Shown here piece by piece: positions 1-10,346 of a stretch of DNA of 64,000 nt. The notes beneath the pieces were generated by a model. The model saw only the letters and a list, made by a program, of their open reading frames with translations, did no database searches and had not been told where the DNA came from. The position numbers and the translations under genes were made by a program. This DNA is from Candidatus Latescibacterota bacterium (lineage in GTDB: Bacteria; Latescibacterota; UBA2968; UBA8231): the NCBI GenBank assembly GCA_965223905.1, contig CBDCXV010000005.1:27070-91069 (forward strand), given 5' to 3'. Position 1 is the first letter of the stretch. Each line of letters begins with the position of its first letter.

Positions 1-15
1 CCGGCTTTCCATCTG

Positions 16-1329
16 ATGCGCGTTTCCGACCTGCTGAAAGGCCCCAACCGCGACCGTCTCAAGGTCTACGGACCGGCCCTCATGCTCTCCGGGCTGGTCT
101 TCCTCCTGCTCTTCCAACTGGTCGAGCCGGCCCCGCCCGAGCGCCTGATCCTGGCCTCCGGGATGCCCGGGGGCGCCTACCACCGCTTCGCCCTGGAGTA
201 CCGCGGCCTGCTGGCGCGGGAAGGGGTCGAGCTGGAGGTGAGGGAGACCTCCGGGTCGGTGGAGAATCTGCGGCTGCTGCGGGAAGCCGCGGTCGACGTG
301 GCTTTTGTCCAGACCGGGGTGGCGGATACGACCTCGCAGGCCGGCCTCGTTTCCCTGGCCAGCCTCTACTACGAGCCTCTGTGGGTCTTCTATCGCGGCT
401 CCCAGTCCCTGGAACGCCTCCCGGAGCTGTCGGGAAGCACCGTTGCCGTCGGGCCCGAGGGCAGCGGCACCCGGGTCCTGGCCCTGACCCTGCTGCGCGA
501 GAACGGCCTGCACCAACCTCCCACGCGGCTGTCCGACCTCGGGGGCGTCCGGGCGGCGCAGGCCCTGCGGGAGGGGGCGGTCGACGCGGCGGTCTTCGTG
601 GCCTCGCCCCGGGCCCCGGTGGTAGCCGAGCTGCTGGCCGACCCCGGGATCCAGCTGCTCAACTTCTCCCGGGTCGACGCCTACCTGAGCCGCTACCGCT
701 ACCTGTCCAGCGTCGTCCTGCCCGAAGGGGCCATCGACTTGCGGCGCAACATCCCCGGCCGCCGGGTCACCCTGCTGGCGCCGGCGGCCACCCTGGTCGT
801 GCGCACCGACTTCCATCCGGCCCTGACCGACCTGATGCTCCAGGCGGCTTTCCGGCTCCACGCCCAGGGCGGCTTTTTCGAACGGCCCGGCCAGTTTCCC
901 GCCGCGGACCACCTCGACTTTCCCCTGATCGAGGACGCGCGCCGCTACTTCGAGCGCGGCCCCTCCTTTCTCAGGCGCTACCTGCCGTTCTGGGCCGCGG
1001 TCTTCGTCGAGCGCTCCGCGCTTTTCCTGCTGCCCCTCGTCACCCTGCTCGTTCCCCTGTTCCGCATTGCCGTGCCCACCTACCGCTGGAAGGTGCGCTC
1101 CCGCATCTACCGCTGGTACCGCGACCTGTCCGCGGTCGAGTTGTCCGTCGACGCCGGGACCGGGCAATCCAGGGTGGCCCTGGAGGAGCTGGACCGCATC
1201 GAGCAGGAGGCCGCCAAGGTCGAGGTGCCCCTGTCCTACACCGACGAGCTCTACAACTTGCGCCTGCACATCCAACTGGTGCGCGACAAGATCAACAAGC
1301 GGCGTGGCGGCCCGGAGCCGGCTGGTTGA
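16..1329 (+). CDS. TAXI-family TRAP-type solute-binding protein with C-terminal membrane segment
   Basis: N-terminal TM helix; ASGMPGGAY and ETSGSVENL motifs; SLYYEPLW and GPEGSGT motifs; C-terminal LRRYLPFW + TM tail typical of this fused TAXI subfamily. Confidence 0.85.
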   Translation: MRVSDLLKGPNRDRLKVYGPALMLSGLVFLLLFQLVEPAPPERLILASGMPGGAYHRFALEYRGLLAREGVELEVRETSGSVENLRLLREAAVDVAFVQTGVADTTSQAGLVSLASLYYEPLWVFYRGSQSLERLPELSGSTVAVGPEGSGTRVLALTLLRENGLHQPPTRLSDLGGVRAAQALREGAVDAAVFVASPRAPVVAELLADPGIQLLNFSRVDAYLSRYRYLSSVVLPEGAIDLRRNIPGRRVTLLAPAATLVVRTDFHPALTDLMLQAAFRLHAQGGFFERPGQFPAADHLDFPLIEDARRYFERGPSFLRRYLPFWAAVFVERSALFLLPLVTLLVPLFRIAVPTYRWKVRSRIYRWYRDLSAVELSVDAGTGQSRVALEELDRIEQEAAKVEVPLSYTDELYNLRLHIQLVRDKINKRRGGPEPAG

Positions 1330-1422
1330 TGGAGAAGAGCGACACCCTCTGATGGCCGATCTGCCATAAATTCGGAAATGGTTACAAAGGACTCTTGCAG
1401 CAATCGAAGCGCCGGAAGCCGC

Positions 1423-2394
1423 ATGGCAAACGGCAACCGGGTTCAGGAAATAGAATCGATGAACAACGGACACCGGTGGCATCCCATCCGTGACTATGAA
1501 GTTGATCCGACGACCCTTGAGCAAGGTGAACTCGCAGCGTTGGCCAACGTCTGGCAGGAGGAAAGTGCACGGCTCGAAGATTCGGATGCGCTGCCGGAAT
1601 TCAATACGAAATTGCATAGGGAGTGGGCGATCGAGACCGGCCTGATCGAACGGGTGTATGACTTCGACAGAGGGGTTACGGAGATTCTGATCGAACACGG
1701 AATAGACGCGGCACTGATTCCCCACGGGCCGGGTGTGACCCCGGAAACGGCGGCCTCCATGATCCGCGATCACGAGGCGGCGATAGAGTATGTGTTTGAC
1801 TTCGTCAGTGACGAACGACCATTGTCGATCCTTTCGACACGGAAGGAATTGGAGCATCGGCGCGACGCGCTGCTTGAGGAATGGAACACTGTCAAGGATC
1901 GGGCCGAAGACCTCCGGCTAATCGCGGAGGAACGACTGGATGAGGTGAGGGCGACCTTCGAAAAAGAGGTCAAGCCGCTGCTCGGTCGCGTTACCGTTTT
2001 TGTTGATGGGGCGAGGGATCACGACGAGCGCAGTCATTATTTCCGCCAACAGGTCGTGGCAGGAGCGAAGACGCTCGAGTACTTCGCCAACCTCGAGACG
2101 TATCGCTCATGGGCGCGCCTGGTGATCCAGAATGAGAATCAGAGCCAGATCCTGGTCGCATTTCACGGCATAGGTCACGAGTTTCGGGGTGTTCTTGCCT
2201 GTTGTGCGGTTTTTTTTCAGCGGGTGCAGACCGATAGAAACGACCGGGAAACCAGTCCGGCCAATGCATTGGCCCGCACTGTGTTTCAGATCAACTACCG
2301 GGAAGATGCGACATCCGTAGAGGATCGATTCCGCGTGTGGCTTGAAGAATGCATCGTCGCCGGGCTGAATGATTGGCGCACCGCGGATCTGTGA
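1423..2394 (+). CDS. Fic-family-derived protein lacking the catalytic Fic core (probable in-frame deletion); start uncertain (1378/1423/1459)
   Basis: REWAIETGLIERVYDFDRGVTEILIEHG...IRDHEAAIEYVFDFVSDERPLS resembles the N-terminus of a Fic subfamily, but no HPFxDGNGR motif occurs anywhere in the ORF. Confidence 0.6.
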   Translation: MANGNRVQEIESMNNGHRWHPIRDYEVDPTTLEQGELAALANVWQEESARLEDSDALPEFNTKLHREWAIETGLIERVYDFDRGVTEILIEHGIDAALIPHGPGVTPETAASMIRDHEAAIEYVFDFVSDERPLSILSTRKELEHRRDALLEEWNTVKDRAEDLRLIAEERLDEVRATFEKEVKPLLGRVTVFVDGARDHDERSHYFRQQVVAGAKTLEYFANLETYRSWARLVIQNENQSQILVAFHGIGHEFRGVLACCAVFFQRVQTDRNDRETSPANALARTVFQINYREDATSVEDRFRVWLEECIVAGLNDWRTADL

Positions 2395-2554
2395 CCCCGC
2401 GGTGGAAGACAGGCACGCGGCTGCGTTCGATCCAGTAAAGCGAGGATCGAAGTCCTGGAAAGCCGTCGAGGTTTCTGCGGACGTTCCCTGGTTTTTAGGC
2501 CGCCCTGGTCGAGTCCTCGGCAGACACCAACTACAGCAAAGGAGAGAACGGGAG

Positions 2555-2935
2555 ATGAAGAACCCTGTCGTGCATTTCGAGATAGTCGGAAAGGACCACG
2601 ATGCCTTGCAGGCCTACTACCGGAACCTTTTCGAGTGGGAGATCAGGAACGTCGCTCCGGAGATGCCCTACGGAATAATCGAAGCGGGCGAAGGAGGACC
2701 CGGCATCGGCGGCGGCGTCGGGGCGACCGGGACCGGCACTCCGCACGCGACCTTCTACGTGCAGGTGGAGGATATCGAGGCTGCCCTCGCCAAGGCTGTG
2801 GAGCTGGGCGGCGAGGAGGTCGTGCCGGTGACTACGATCCCGGGGATGGTGACGTTCGCTCTCTTCAGCGACCCCGAAGGCAACCGGATCGGCTTGGTCT
2901 CGGCGCACGTACCGGAAGGCGGGGAGACCGAGTAG
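2555..2935 (+). CDS. VOC/glyoxalase family protein
   Basis: MKNPVVHFEI...FYVQVEDIEAALAKAVELGG...FSDPEGNRIGL; purine-rich RBS upstream of ATG 2555. Confidence 0.9.
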   Translation: MKNPVVHFEIVGKDHDALQAYYRNLFEWEIRNVAPEMPYGIIEAGEGGPGIGGGVGATGTGTPHATFYVQVEDIEAALAKAVELGGEEVVPVTTIPGMVTFALFSDPEGNRIGLVSAHVPEGGETE

Positions 2936-2947
2936 GCTGGTCCGTTT

Positions 2948-4021
2948 ATGAAGATAGAGACCAGAGACGGCTGGAAACCGAGCGGCCCCATCGAGTATGA
3001 GGACGAAGGGGAGTTGCACCGCCTCCTGCACAGCCTCATCAAGGAAAACCCGCGTGGGCTTCCGCTGGCCGGAGACCCCATCCTGACAGCGCTGGGATGC
3101 GAGATAGGGCTCGGATCAGGATCCGCTGATATCCTTGCCATAGAATTCGGTGGCCGCCCCGTTATCATCGAGGTGAAGCTGAGTTACAACTCAGAGACGC
3201 GAAAGGACATGGTGCCACAAATTCTTTATTACGCGGCATTCCTCAAAGGGTACGACGTCACCAGTCTGGAAAAGGGACCTTTGAGCAATGCCCTCACAAC
3301 TTCAGGCTACTCCTCCATCTTCGAAGCCGTACAGGTGGAAGGGGGCGCAGACACTGACGAGGCTGAGTCATTCAACTCGTCGTTGCAGGCGTACCTCGAC
3401 CGGGGTGATTTCAGGCTGGTGCTCGCGTTAGACAATGTGCCGCCGGAGTTGGAGAGATTCGTGGCCTATCTGGACGAAATCACGAATTCGACAGTTACAA
3501 CTGACCTGATCGCCCTTCCGCTGCATCAGGTCGGCGATGGGAAGGTGCCCTTACCGCAAAGAATCGTTCCCGATCCAAACGCGGCATCCCCAATAAGGTT
3601 CGATTCGAGTGCTGCCGAGACCACCTACGGTTCAGATGCTTTTAGAGCTTCGATTATGGATACATTCGGGAAGCCGAGAGAAGTGTTCGACAGGCTGATT
3701 TTTTGGGCAGAGGAGTTGGCAAAATTTCCAGGTGTGCGTCTTCGTTCACATAAAGGGCAATTTTACACCACTCTTTCCCCTCTTGTCCCTATGGAGAATG
3801 TGGGAATGGTGACTGTATACAATCAGGAAAAGAAACCGGCAATCCAATTGCAGTTGCCGGTGATTCGTCGCCGGGCATCTGACCAGGCAAACGAAAAAAT
3901 CAGAGAAGTATGGAATACATACGTGCGAGAGAGCGATAACTGGAAAGTGAACCCACCGACAGAACTTCTCGAACCGCTAATGGAAGCGTTGACGGAGGCT
4001 TATCAAGAATCAGGAAGTTGA
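2948..4021 (+). CDS. NucS/DUF91-like PD-(D/E)xK endonuclease domain protein
   Basis: E..L...ADILAI...PVIIEVK...QILYYA nuclease signature; AT-richer than the flanking genes. Confidence 0.7.
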   Translation: MKIETRDGWKPSGPIEYEDEGELHRLLHSLIKENPRGLPLAGDPILTALGCEIGLGSGSADILAIEFGGRPVIIEVKLSYNSETRKDMVPQILYYAAFLKGYDVTSLEKGPLSNALTTSGYSSIFEAVQVEGGADTDEAESFNSSLQAYLDRGDFRLVLALDNVPPELERFVAYLDEITNSTVTTDLIALPLHQVGDGKVPLPQRIVPDPNAASPIRFDSSAAETTYGSDAFRASIMDTFGKPREVFDRLIFWAEELAKFPGVRLRSHKGQFYTTLSPLVPMENVGMVTVYNQEKKPAIQLQLPVIRRRASDQANEKIREVWNTYVRESDNWKVNPPTELLEPLMEALTEAYQESGS

Positions 4022-4170
4022 CCGGCGCTGTACTTCTACAGGGGAGGCCAATTTGGTATCCCTGGGTCCCGGATTTATACCAAAAATCCTCGCCCCGTTG
4101 ATGTCAAAGTCAGGAACAGGCTTGGCCAGCCGCCTCGCCCCTACACAAAGCCCGGCCGTTGCCTCGGCTG

Positions 4171-5415
4171 CTACGGCTCCAGCACCATCCCTTCCGTTTC
4201 GATTCGCTGCATCATCGCACGCCACTCCGCCGACCCGTCGTCGTCCCAGTAGTCGGTGGCGATCGGGGAGTCGTAGCTCATCGGCACCTTGCCCCGGCGC
4301 CAGTCCGGGCGCACAAGGAAGTGGCGGGTGGTCGCGGCGTCGTACTTGTGGTACATCCGTGCGCCGTTGGCGAACCGCGAGCGGATGATCCAGGGGTCGA
4401 AGGCGGTTGACTCCAGGGCCGACAGCCGGGCGAGCTCGTCCCGGTCGAGGGTGACCCCCAGTCCCGGTTTCTCAGGCACGCGTACGAAGCCGTTGACCGG
4501 CTCGAAGCGTTCCTCGATGACGTCGCTGCGGCAGGTTTCCCCGGCGTTGATGGCGTGGAAGGTCGCCGACGGGAACGCGGCCATCATGTGGGTCACCATG
4601 GCGCGGGTGATGCCCTTGCCGACCCATTGGATCATGAAGGGGATGTCGCCGGCGGCGAACAGGCCGGCGGCCTCCATCGCCTTGCCGATCTTGCAGTGCC
4701 CCAGCATGTAGATGTCCGAGGCGCCCTGCATCACCTCATAGGTCGCGTCGAAGGCGGCGCGGTGCCTGACGAGCGGCAGGCGCACCCGCTTGCGCAGCTC
4801 GATCGAGGCCTCGACGTCCCTCTCGTCGATGCTGTCCTCGAAGCAGCCGGCGATCCGGTAGTTGGAGAGCCGCGAGAGCAGGTCCGACATGTGGTCGGTG
4901 GTTCCGCCGCCGGTGAAGTCGTAGTGGATGCGGAATCCCCGCGGGGCCACCTCCTGCATCGCCTCGGTCTGGTCGAAGACGTTCTCGAACGGAGAGAGGT
5001 GGAACTTCATCCAGGTGAACCCGCGGGCGGCGTAGCGGCTGACCGCCTCGGCCATGCGCTCCGGCGAGGTCGACACCGTCCAGCTCGAGACCGGCACCCA
5101 GGAGCGGTACTTCTGGCCGAACAGCTTGTACACCGGCACGCCCGCGGCCTGTCCCATGAGGTCGTACATCGCCGTCCCGAGCGCGATCGAGGTTTCGTCC
5201 CCGATCCAGTCGAAGGGGTTGCTGGCGATGTACTGGTCGAGCACCTCCGGGGGTTCGGGGGCGCCCACCTTCTCTCCGAGCCCGGTGAGCCCGGTGTCGG
5301 TGTGGGCGACGTAGACGGTGCTCCGCCGCGGCCCGTCGTAGTGCAGGAGCTGGTAGGCGATCCAGTCGTGGTACTGGTGGGTAACTTGGTGCGCTTCGAT
5401 CTCGGTAACCTTCAT
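4171..5415 (-). CDS. Mandelate racemase/muconate lactonizing enzyme (enolase superfamily)
   Basis: AMYDLMGQAAGVPVYKLFG motif, KxH, D/E metal ligands, VPEKPGLGV C-terminal motif. Confidence 0.88.
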   Translation of the reverse strand: MKVTEIEAHQVTHQYHDWIAYQLLHYDGPRRSTVYVAHTDTGLTGLGEKVGAPEPPEVLDQYIASNPFDWIGDETSIALGTAMYDLMGQAAGVPVYKLFGQKYRSWVPVSSWTVSTSPERMAEAVSRYAARGFTWMKFHLSPFENVFDQTEAMQEVAPRGFRIHYDFTGGGTTDHMSDLLSRLSNYRIAGCFEDSIDERDVEASIELRKRVRLPLVRHRAAFDATYEVMQGASDIYMLGHCKIGKAMEAAGLFAAGDIPFMIQWVGKGITRAMVTHMMAAFPSATFHAINAGETCRSDVIEERFEPVNGFVRVPEKPGLGVTLDRDELARLSALESTAFDPWIIRSRFANGARMYHKYDAATTRHFLVRPDWRRGKVPMSYDSPIATDYWDDDGSAEWRAMMQRIETEGMVLEP

Positions 5416-5483
5416 CGGTCGATGTCCCGCTGCAAAGGAAGTGGAAGGAAGCGCCTAATGTCGGATGGAACCGCGAACGCCCG

Positions 5484-6548
5484 CTACTCGAACAGGTGGG
5501 CAAACTCCCCGAGTCCCTCGGCCTCGAGCTCGTCCTTCTCGACGAACCGGAGGGAGGCGGAGTTGATGCAGTAGCGCAGACCGGTCGGGTCGGGGCCGTC
5601 GTTGAACAGGTGACCGAGGTGGGAGTCGCCCTGTTTGCTGCGCACCTCGGTGCGGGTCATGAACAGCTTGTTGTCGGACTTCTCGACGATGTTCTCCGAC
5701 ATGAGGGGCTGCCAGAAGCTCGGCCAGCCGGTGCCGGAGCGGTACTTGTGGGTCGAGCTGAACAGCGGCTCCCCGGAGACGACGTCGACGTAGATCCCTG
5801 CCCGCTTGTTGTCCCAGAACATGTTGCGGAAGGGAGGCTCGGTGCCGTCCTGTTGGGTCACCTCGTACTGCAGGGGGGTCAGCTTCTTGCGCAGGACCGT
5901 CACGGAAGGCTTGGAGAAACGGCTGTCCGGCGCCTTCCCCGGCATCGCCGCCGCGGGCGGATCGTCTCCCCAGATTTTGGCGATGAAGCGGTCGCGGCCC
6001 GAGCCGGTGCGGTACCTCTTGTAGTGGCCGGGGCTCTTCCGGTAGTAGTCCTGGTGGTACTCCTCGGCCGGATAGAAGGTGGTTGCCGGCAGGGCCGGGG
6101 TGACCACCGGCTTGTCGAAGCGCCCCGAGGAATCGAGCGCCGCCCGCGTCGCCTCGGCGATCCGCTTCTGCTCCTCGTCGTGGTAGAAGACCGCGGAGGT
6201 GTAGTGGTGGCCGCGGTCGTAGAAGGATCCCCCGGCGTCGGTCGGGTCGAACTGGCGCCAGAAGTGATTGATCAGCTCTTCGTAGCCCACCTTCTCCGGG
6301 TCGTAGGTGATCAGCACCGATTCGATGTGGGAGGTGCGGCCCGAGCTGACCTGCTTGTAGGTCGGGTCCTCCTCGGTGCCGCCGGTGTACCCGGAGACGG
6401 CGGAGATAACGCCGGGGTACTTGTCGAACGGGGCCTCGATGCACCAGAAACAGCCGCCGGCGAAGGTCGCCTGCTCCTGTTCGGCATGGGCGGATCGAAG
6501 GCCGGCGGTCAGCAGCAGGGACAGGGTCAGGGCGATGGCGGTTTTCAT
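5484..6548 (-). CDS. msrAB: Exported bifunctional peptide-methionine sulfoxide reductase MsrA/MsrB
   Basis: Signal peptide; AGGCFWC and AEEYHQDY (MsrA); GTGWPSF, SHLGH and RYCINS (MsrB). Confidence 0.95.
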   Translation of the reverse strand: MKTAIALTLSLLLTAGLRSAHAEQEQATFAGGCFWCIEAPFDKYPGVISAVSGYTGGTEEDPTYKQVSSGRTSHIESVLITYDPEKVGYEELINHFWRQFDPTDAGGSFYDRGHHYTSAVFYHDEEQKRIAEATRAALDSSGRFDKPVVTPALPATTFYPAEEYHQDYYRKSPGHYKRYRTGSGRDRFIAKIWGDDPPAAAMPGKAPDSRFSKPSVTVLRKKLTPLQYEVTQQDGTEPPFRNMFWDNKRAGIYVDVVSGEPLFSSTHKYRSGTGWPSFWQPLMSENIVEKSDNKLFMTRTEVRSKQGDSHLGHLFNDGPDPTGLRYCINSASLRFVEKDELEAEGLGEFAHLFE

Positions 6549-6820
6549 GGGGTCGGCTCCTGCGGTTCGGTTTAGGGTGCGCGATTAGCCTGAAAATAAG
6601 GACGCCCGGAGGCCGGCATGGGTCCCGGGCTTTCCCCGGCCGGGGCATTTGAATCCGTCATCGAATTGCCAGCTGCCCCGCCTTTCTCCTGTGCCTTCGC
6701 AAGCAGAATCCTCCAAGCCGACCTCGGGAGTTCCAGCCATTCCACCGCCGCATGGCCGGGTTCGCCAGACCACTGCAATTCCGGTCGCGTTCTTGAAACC
6801 GCCCCTCCCTGACCATCGGC

Positions 6821-8932
6821 TCACTTGCCTTGCGAGCCCTCGACCTCCCGGCAGTGGAGGACCGCCATCTCCCAAGGGTCGATGCCGATCTCGAAGCCCG
6901 CCCCGGAGAGCGGCACCAGGCTGCGGGTGAACAGGTCTTCCACCTCCTGCAGCTTCCATTCGGTCCGGACCTGTGCTCGCGCCGCGTCCCTCCCCATGTT
7001 GAGAAGGAAGAGCAGCCAGCCCCCCTGCCGCGAGGGCCTCACCACCGGCACCACCTCGGCGCCCTCTACCCGCACCGGGGGGCGCACCCCGGCTTCCGCG
7101 GCCAGCCCCAGCACCAGCTCCGGCGGGGCTTCGTCCGCGAACCCGGCCGACAGGGTGAGACCGAGCCAGGTGAAGCGGCCGTCCGCGGTCCGCACCCCCA
7201 CGGTCTGCCCGTCGAGGCTTGCCCAGCTTTCGCATCCGCCCGCGGGCTCGAGGACGGCGTACCCGCAAGGGGTGGCGATCGGCAGGTTTCCCAGGGGGGT
7301 GCGCAGGAGATTTCGCCCCTCCTCGATGTCGAAGCCGGTCACCTGCGAGAAGTCGGCGACGCGCACGCCGAAACGCTCCCCGAACCCTTCCGGGGGATCG
7401 TAGCTCGACTGCCCGTCCTCCGAGTACAGGCCGAAGCTGCCCTCGGCGACGAAGCGGGTCTGCGGGCTTTCCGTGAGGGTGCGCTCCAGGCGCTGGCGCG
7501 CCGTCTCGTCCATGAGCGCGAGGTTGGGCAGGAACAGCAGGTCGTAACCCGTCCAGTCCATGGCGGGGGTGACGAGGTCCGCGGCGATCCCGTTCCGCCA
7601 CAACGCCGTCCACACCCCGGTGAGGTCGGAGCTGTAGCGCTGTCCCTCGTTGTTGAGGCCGAACAGCTCCTGCGACGGGGCGTGGTAGAGGATCCCGACC
7701 CGGGCGCGGCCGCAGTCGACCGGCAGGTGCTCCCTCATCCCCTCGATGCGCGCGATCGCCCTGCTGACCGCTTGCAGCCGCGGCGTCGGCCTGCCGTCGA
7801 GGGCGGCGAGGTTGTACCCGGGGGACTCGAAGCTCAGATACTCGGGGCGGTACTGCCAGAACATGCAGCCGCAGGCGCCGCCGGCGAGGGTCAGCCAGAG
7901 CAGGGCGGTCAGCTCCTGCGGCGCCGACTGCTTCTTCCAGGTGACCCCGCCCTTCGCCATGCCGGCGTAGATCTCCTCGTTCCACCAGCGTCCGTTCGGG
8001 GCCAGGGCGCGGGCGGCGTCGAAGCCGAAGGCTTGGAAGGCGATCTGGTACGGGTCGGAGGAGGTCAGCAGGTTGTTCGACGACATCGACATGCCCCAAC
8101 TGTCGACCTCGGCGGCGCAGGCCTCGTTCCAGGGCTGCGGGATGACGACGCTGTGGGCGCGCACCTCGTGGCGGGGGTCGATGGCCCGGGTCTCGGCGAC
8201 CATCCACCTCAGCTTTTCGACGAGGTTGTCGCGGGTGAAGCGCCGGAACATCAGCATCTCGACGACGTTCTGGTTGTCGCGCGGGGCGGTGACGTCATCC
8301 CAGGTGCGGTAGCGGCGCAGGAGGCGGCGGTTGAGCTCCTCGAGGGAGTAGCGCGCCCGCAGCCAGCGCTTGTACGCGGCCAGCGAATGCTCGCAGTAGC
8401 AGGGGTAGGGTTCGATGCTCGCCCGCCCCGGCGCCACCCCGTCCCACAGGCCCCAGACGAGAAGGTTGCCCCGGTCCTTGTAACGGTCCACCACGTGGCG
8501 CAGCAGGTCGCCGCCGAGCTGTTCCCACACCGGGTGGTCGTAACAATGCAGGATGGCCCCCTGCGGGGCCGCGGCGCTCCCCGAGACCATCAGGGGATTG
8601 CCCTTGCGGTCCACGGCGCGGATGTCCGGGTGCTCGCGCAGCAGCCATTCCGGACAGGAGCCGTGCGTCGCCAAGGTGACGTCGAGCCAGACGTGGAGGC
8701 CGTGTTTCTCCGCCAGGTCGAACATCAGGTCGAAGTCCTCCAGCTCGTAGCGGCCGGGGGCAGGTTCCATGTGGTTCCAGAAGCTGAAGCTGCGCACGAC
8801 GCGCATTCCCGCGGCCCGGATGGCGGCGAAGTCGGCGTCCCAGACCTCCTGTTTCGGGATGGGCGCACGGTAGTACTCGACGCCGATGGGGAAGGGGGTT
8901 TCCGGGTGCAGGTGGAATCGCGGATCTGACAT
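6821..8932 (-). CDS. GH42-like glycoside hydrolase (beta-galactosidase family) with trimerisation domain
   Basis: GVEYYR...W..DF..IRAAGM.VVR, WNHMEPAPGRY, CYCEHS...WLRARY.LEELN, FWQYR; ATG at 8932 preferred over the extended ORF. Confidence 0.85.
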   Translation of the reverse strand: MSDPRFHLHPETPFPIGVEYYRAPIPKQEVWDADFAAIRAAGMRVVRSFSFWNHMEPAPGRYELEDFDLMFDLAEKHGLHVWLDVTLATHGSCPEWLLREHPDIRAVDRKGNPLMVSGSAAAPQGAILHCYDHPVWEQLGGDLLRHVVDRYKDRGNLLVWGLWDGVAPGRASIEPYPCYCEHSLAAYKRWLRARYSLEELNRRLLRRYRTWDDVTAPRDNQNVVEMLMFRRFTRDNLVEKLRWMVAETRAIDPRHEVRAHSVVIPQPWNEACAAEVDSWGMSMSSNNLLTSSDPYQIAFQAFGFDAARALAPNGRWWNEEIYAGMAKGGVTWKKQSAPQELTALLWLTLAGGACGCMFWQYRPEYLSFESPGYNLAALDGRPTPRLQAVSRAIARIEGMREHLPVDCGRARVGILYHAPSQELFGLNNEGQRYSSDLTGVWTALWRNGIAADLVTPAMDWTGYDLLFLPNLALMDETARQRLERTLTESPQTRFVAEGSFGLYSEDGQSSYDPPEGFGERFGVRVADFSQVTGFDIEEGRNLLRTPLGNLPIATPCGYAVLEPAGGCESWASLDGQTVGVRTADGRFTWLGLTLSAGFADEAPPELVLGLAAEAGVRPPVRVEGAEVVPVVRPSRQGGWLLFLLNMGRDAARAQVRTEWKLQEVEDLFTRSLVPLSGAGFEIGIDPWEMAVLHCREVEGSQGK

Positions 8933-9128
8933 GGTCGGGCTCGTGGAGATGGGATGAGGGTTGGAGGATTCCGGCAGCAGGAGCGCTACCGCGGGAGTCC
9001 AGGCCGATTCCCCGGCGGGCACTTGCCCTGCCCCGGGGGACCGGGCCCGCCGAGCCGCAGATGCTGGCGCGAGCGAGCCGGTGGGGGCGAACTTCGTCAC
9101 TTCAACTGCGAATACAGGAGACTATCCC

Positions 9129-10202
9129 ATGAACGAACAGAATGCCAGCAGGCGGGCCGAGCTGCAGTTCGCCCTCGACCGCCTGCCCCGGGTCGGGCTC
9201 GCGACCCTGCCGACCCCCTTCGAGCACTGCCCGGGGTTGTCCGGGGCTCTCGGCGGCCCGCAGATATGGATCAAGCGGGACGACCTCACCGGCCTGGCCA
9301 CCGGCGGCAACAAGACGCGGATGCTCGAGTTCGTTCTCGGGAAAGCCGTCGAGGAGGGGGCCGATACCGTAGTGGGCGGGGCCGCGGTGCAGTCGAACTA
9401 CTGCCGCCAGCTCGCCGCGGCCTGCGCCAGGCTCGGGCTAGAGTGCCACCTGGTGTTGCGAAAGGTTCGCGGCGAACGCGACCGGGAGGTGCAGGGAAGC
9501 CTGCTGCTCGACCTGCTGGTCGGGGCGCATGTGGACCTCGCCGAGGACGAAGGCAGCTGGGAGAACCTCGGCGCCCGCGTCCGGGCCAGGGGGGAGGAGC
9601 TGACCGCGGCCGGGCGCAAGGTGTTCGTCGCCCGCGTCGGAGACGAGTCCGGGATCGGGCTGTCGGCCGTCTCCTACGTCGCCGCCACCCTCGAGCTGCT
9701 CGACCAGGCGGACAGGGCCGGGGTCCGCATCGACGAGATCTGGCTCTGCTCCTCGGACTCGACGCAGGCGGGAATCGCCCTCGCCCTGAAGCACCTCGAG
9801 TCGCCGATCCGCGTGGTCGGCCTGCCGGCCCTGCCTGAGCCCGTAACCTCGGGCTGGACCTTCGAGGAGTGCCTCTCCTCGGTGGCGACCGAGTGCGGGG
9901 AGTTGCTCGGCATCTCGACCGCGGTCGAGCCGGCCGACATCGTCAGCACGACCGATTACATAGGTCCCGGGTACGCGGTGCTTACCGAAGGGGCGCGCGA
10001 GGCGATGCTGATGGCGGGGCGGCTGGAGGGCCTGCTGCTCGATCCGGTGTACACCTCAAAGGCGATGGCGGGCTTGATCGATCACGTGCGGCAGGGGAAG
10101 GTCGCCGGGGGCGCGGTGGTCTTCCTGCATACCGGCGGTCTGCCGGCGCTGTTCGCCTACGCCGACTCCCTGGGCCTGGAGGAGCTGCTGAACTCCGGGT
10201 GA
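9129..10202 (+). CDS. PLP-dependent D-cysteine desulfhydrase / ACC deaminase family protein
   Basis: IKRDDLTG..GGNKTR (PLP lysine), QSNY, LDPVYTSKA, FLHTGG; CAGGAG RBS at 9115-9120. Confidence 0.9.
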   Translation: MNEQNASRRAELQFALDRLPRVGLATLPTPFEHCPGLSGALGGPQIWIKRDDLTGLATGGNKTRMLEFVLGKAVEEGADTVVGGAAVQSNYCRQLAAACARLGLECHLVLRKVRGERDREVQGSLLLDLLVGAHVDLAEDEGSWENLGARVRARGEELTAAGRKVFVARVGDESGIGLSAVSYVAATLELLDQADRAGVRIDEIWLCSSDSTQAGIALALKHLESPIRVVGLPALPEPVTSGWTFEECLSSVATECGELLGISTAVEPADIVSTTDYIGPGYAVLTEGAREAMLMAGRLEGLLLDPVYTSKAMAGLIDHVRQGKVAGGAVVFLHTGGLPALFAYADSLGLEELLNSG

Positions 10203-10346
10203 GGGTCGAGGGTGCTCGTGAGCGGTTGAGTTTCCGTCAGTCCCGCAACGAGGCCTTGATCAAAGCCCAGGAATCCGTTTCACAACGGAACCGGGGTCGC
10301 CTGCGGCCTCGTGCCCGATCAGGGTCCCGTCCACCTCTCACGCATA

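Noticed and set aside
10203-10346. Intergenic short hairpins and a faint resemblance to an AbrB-type antitoxin tail
   Set aside because: No start codon or RBS and too little similarity; could simply be a terminator region between convergent genes
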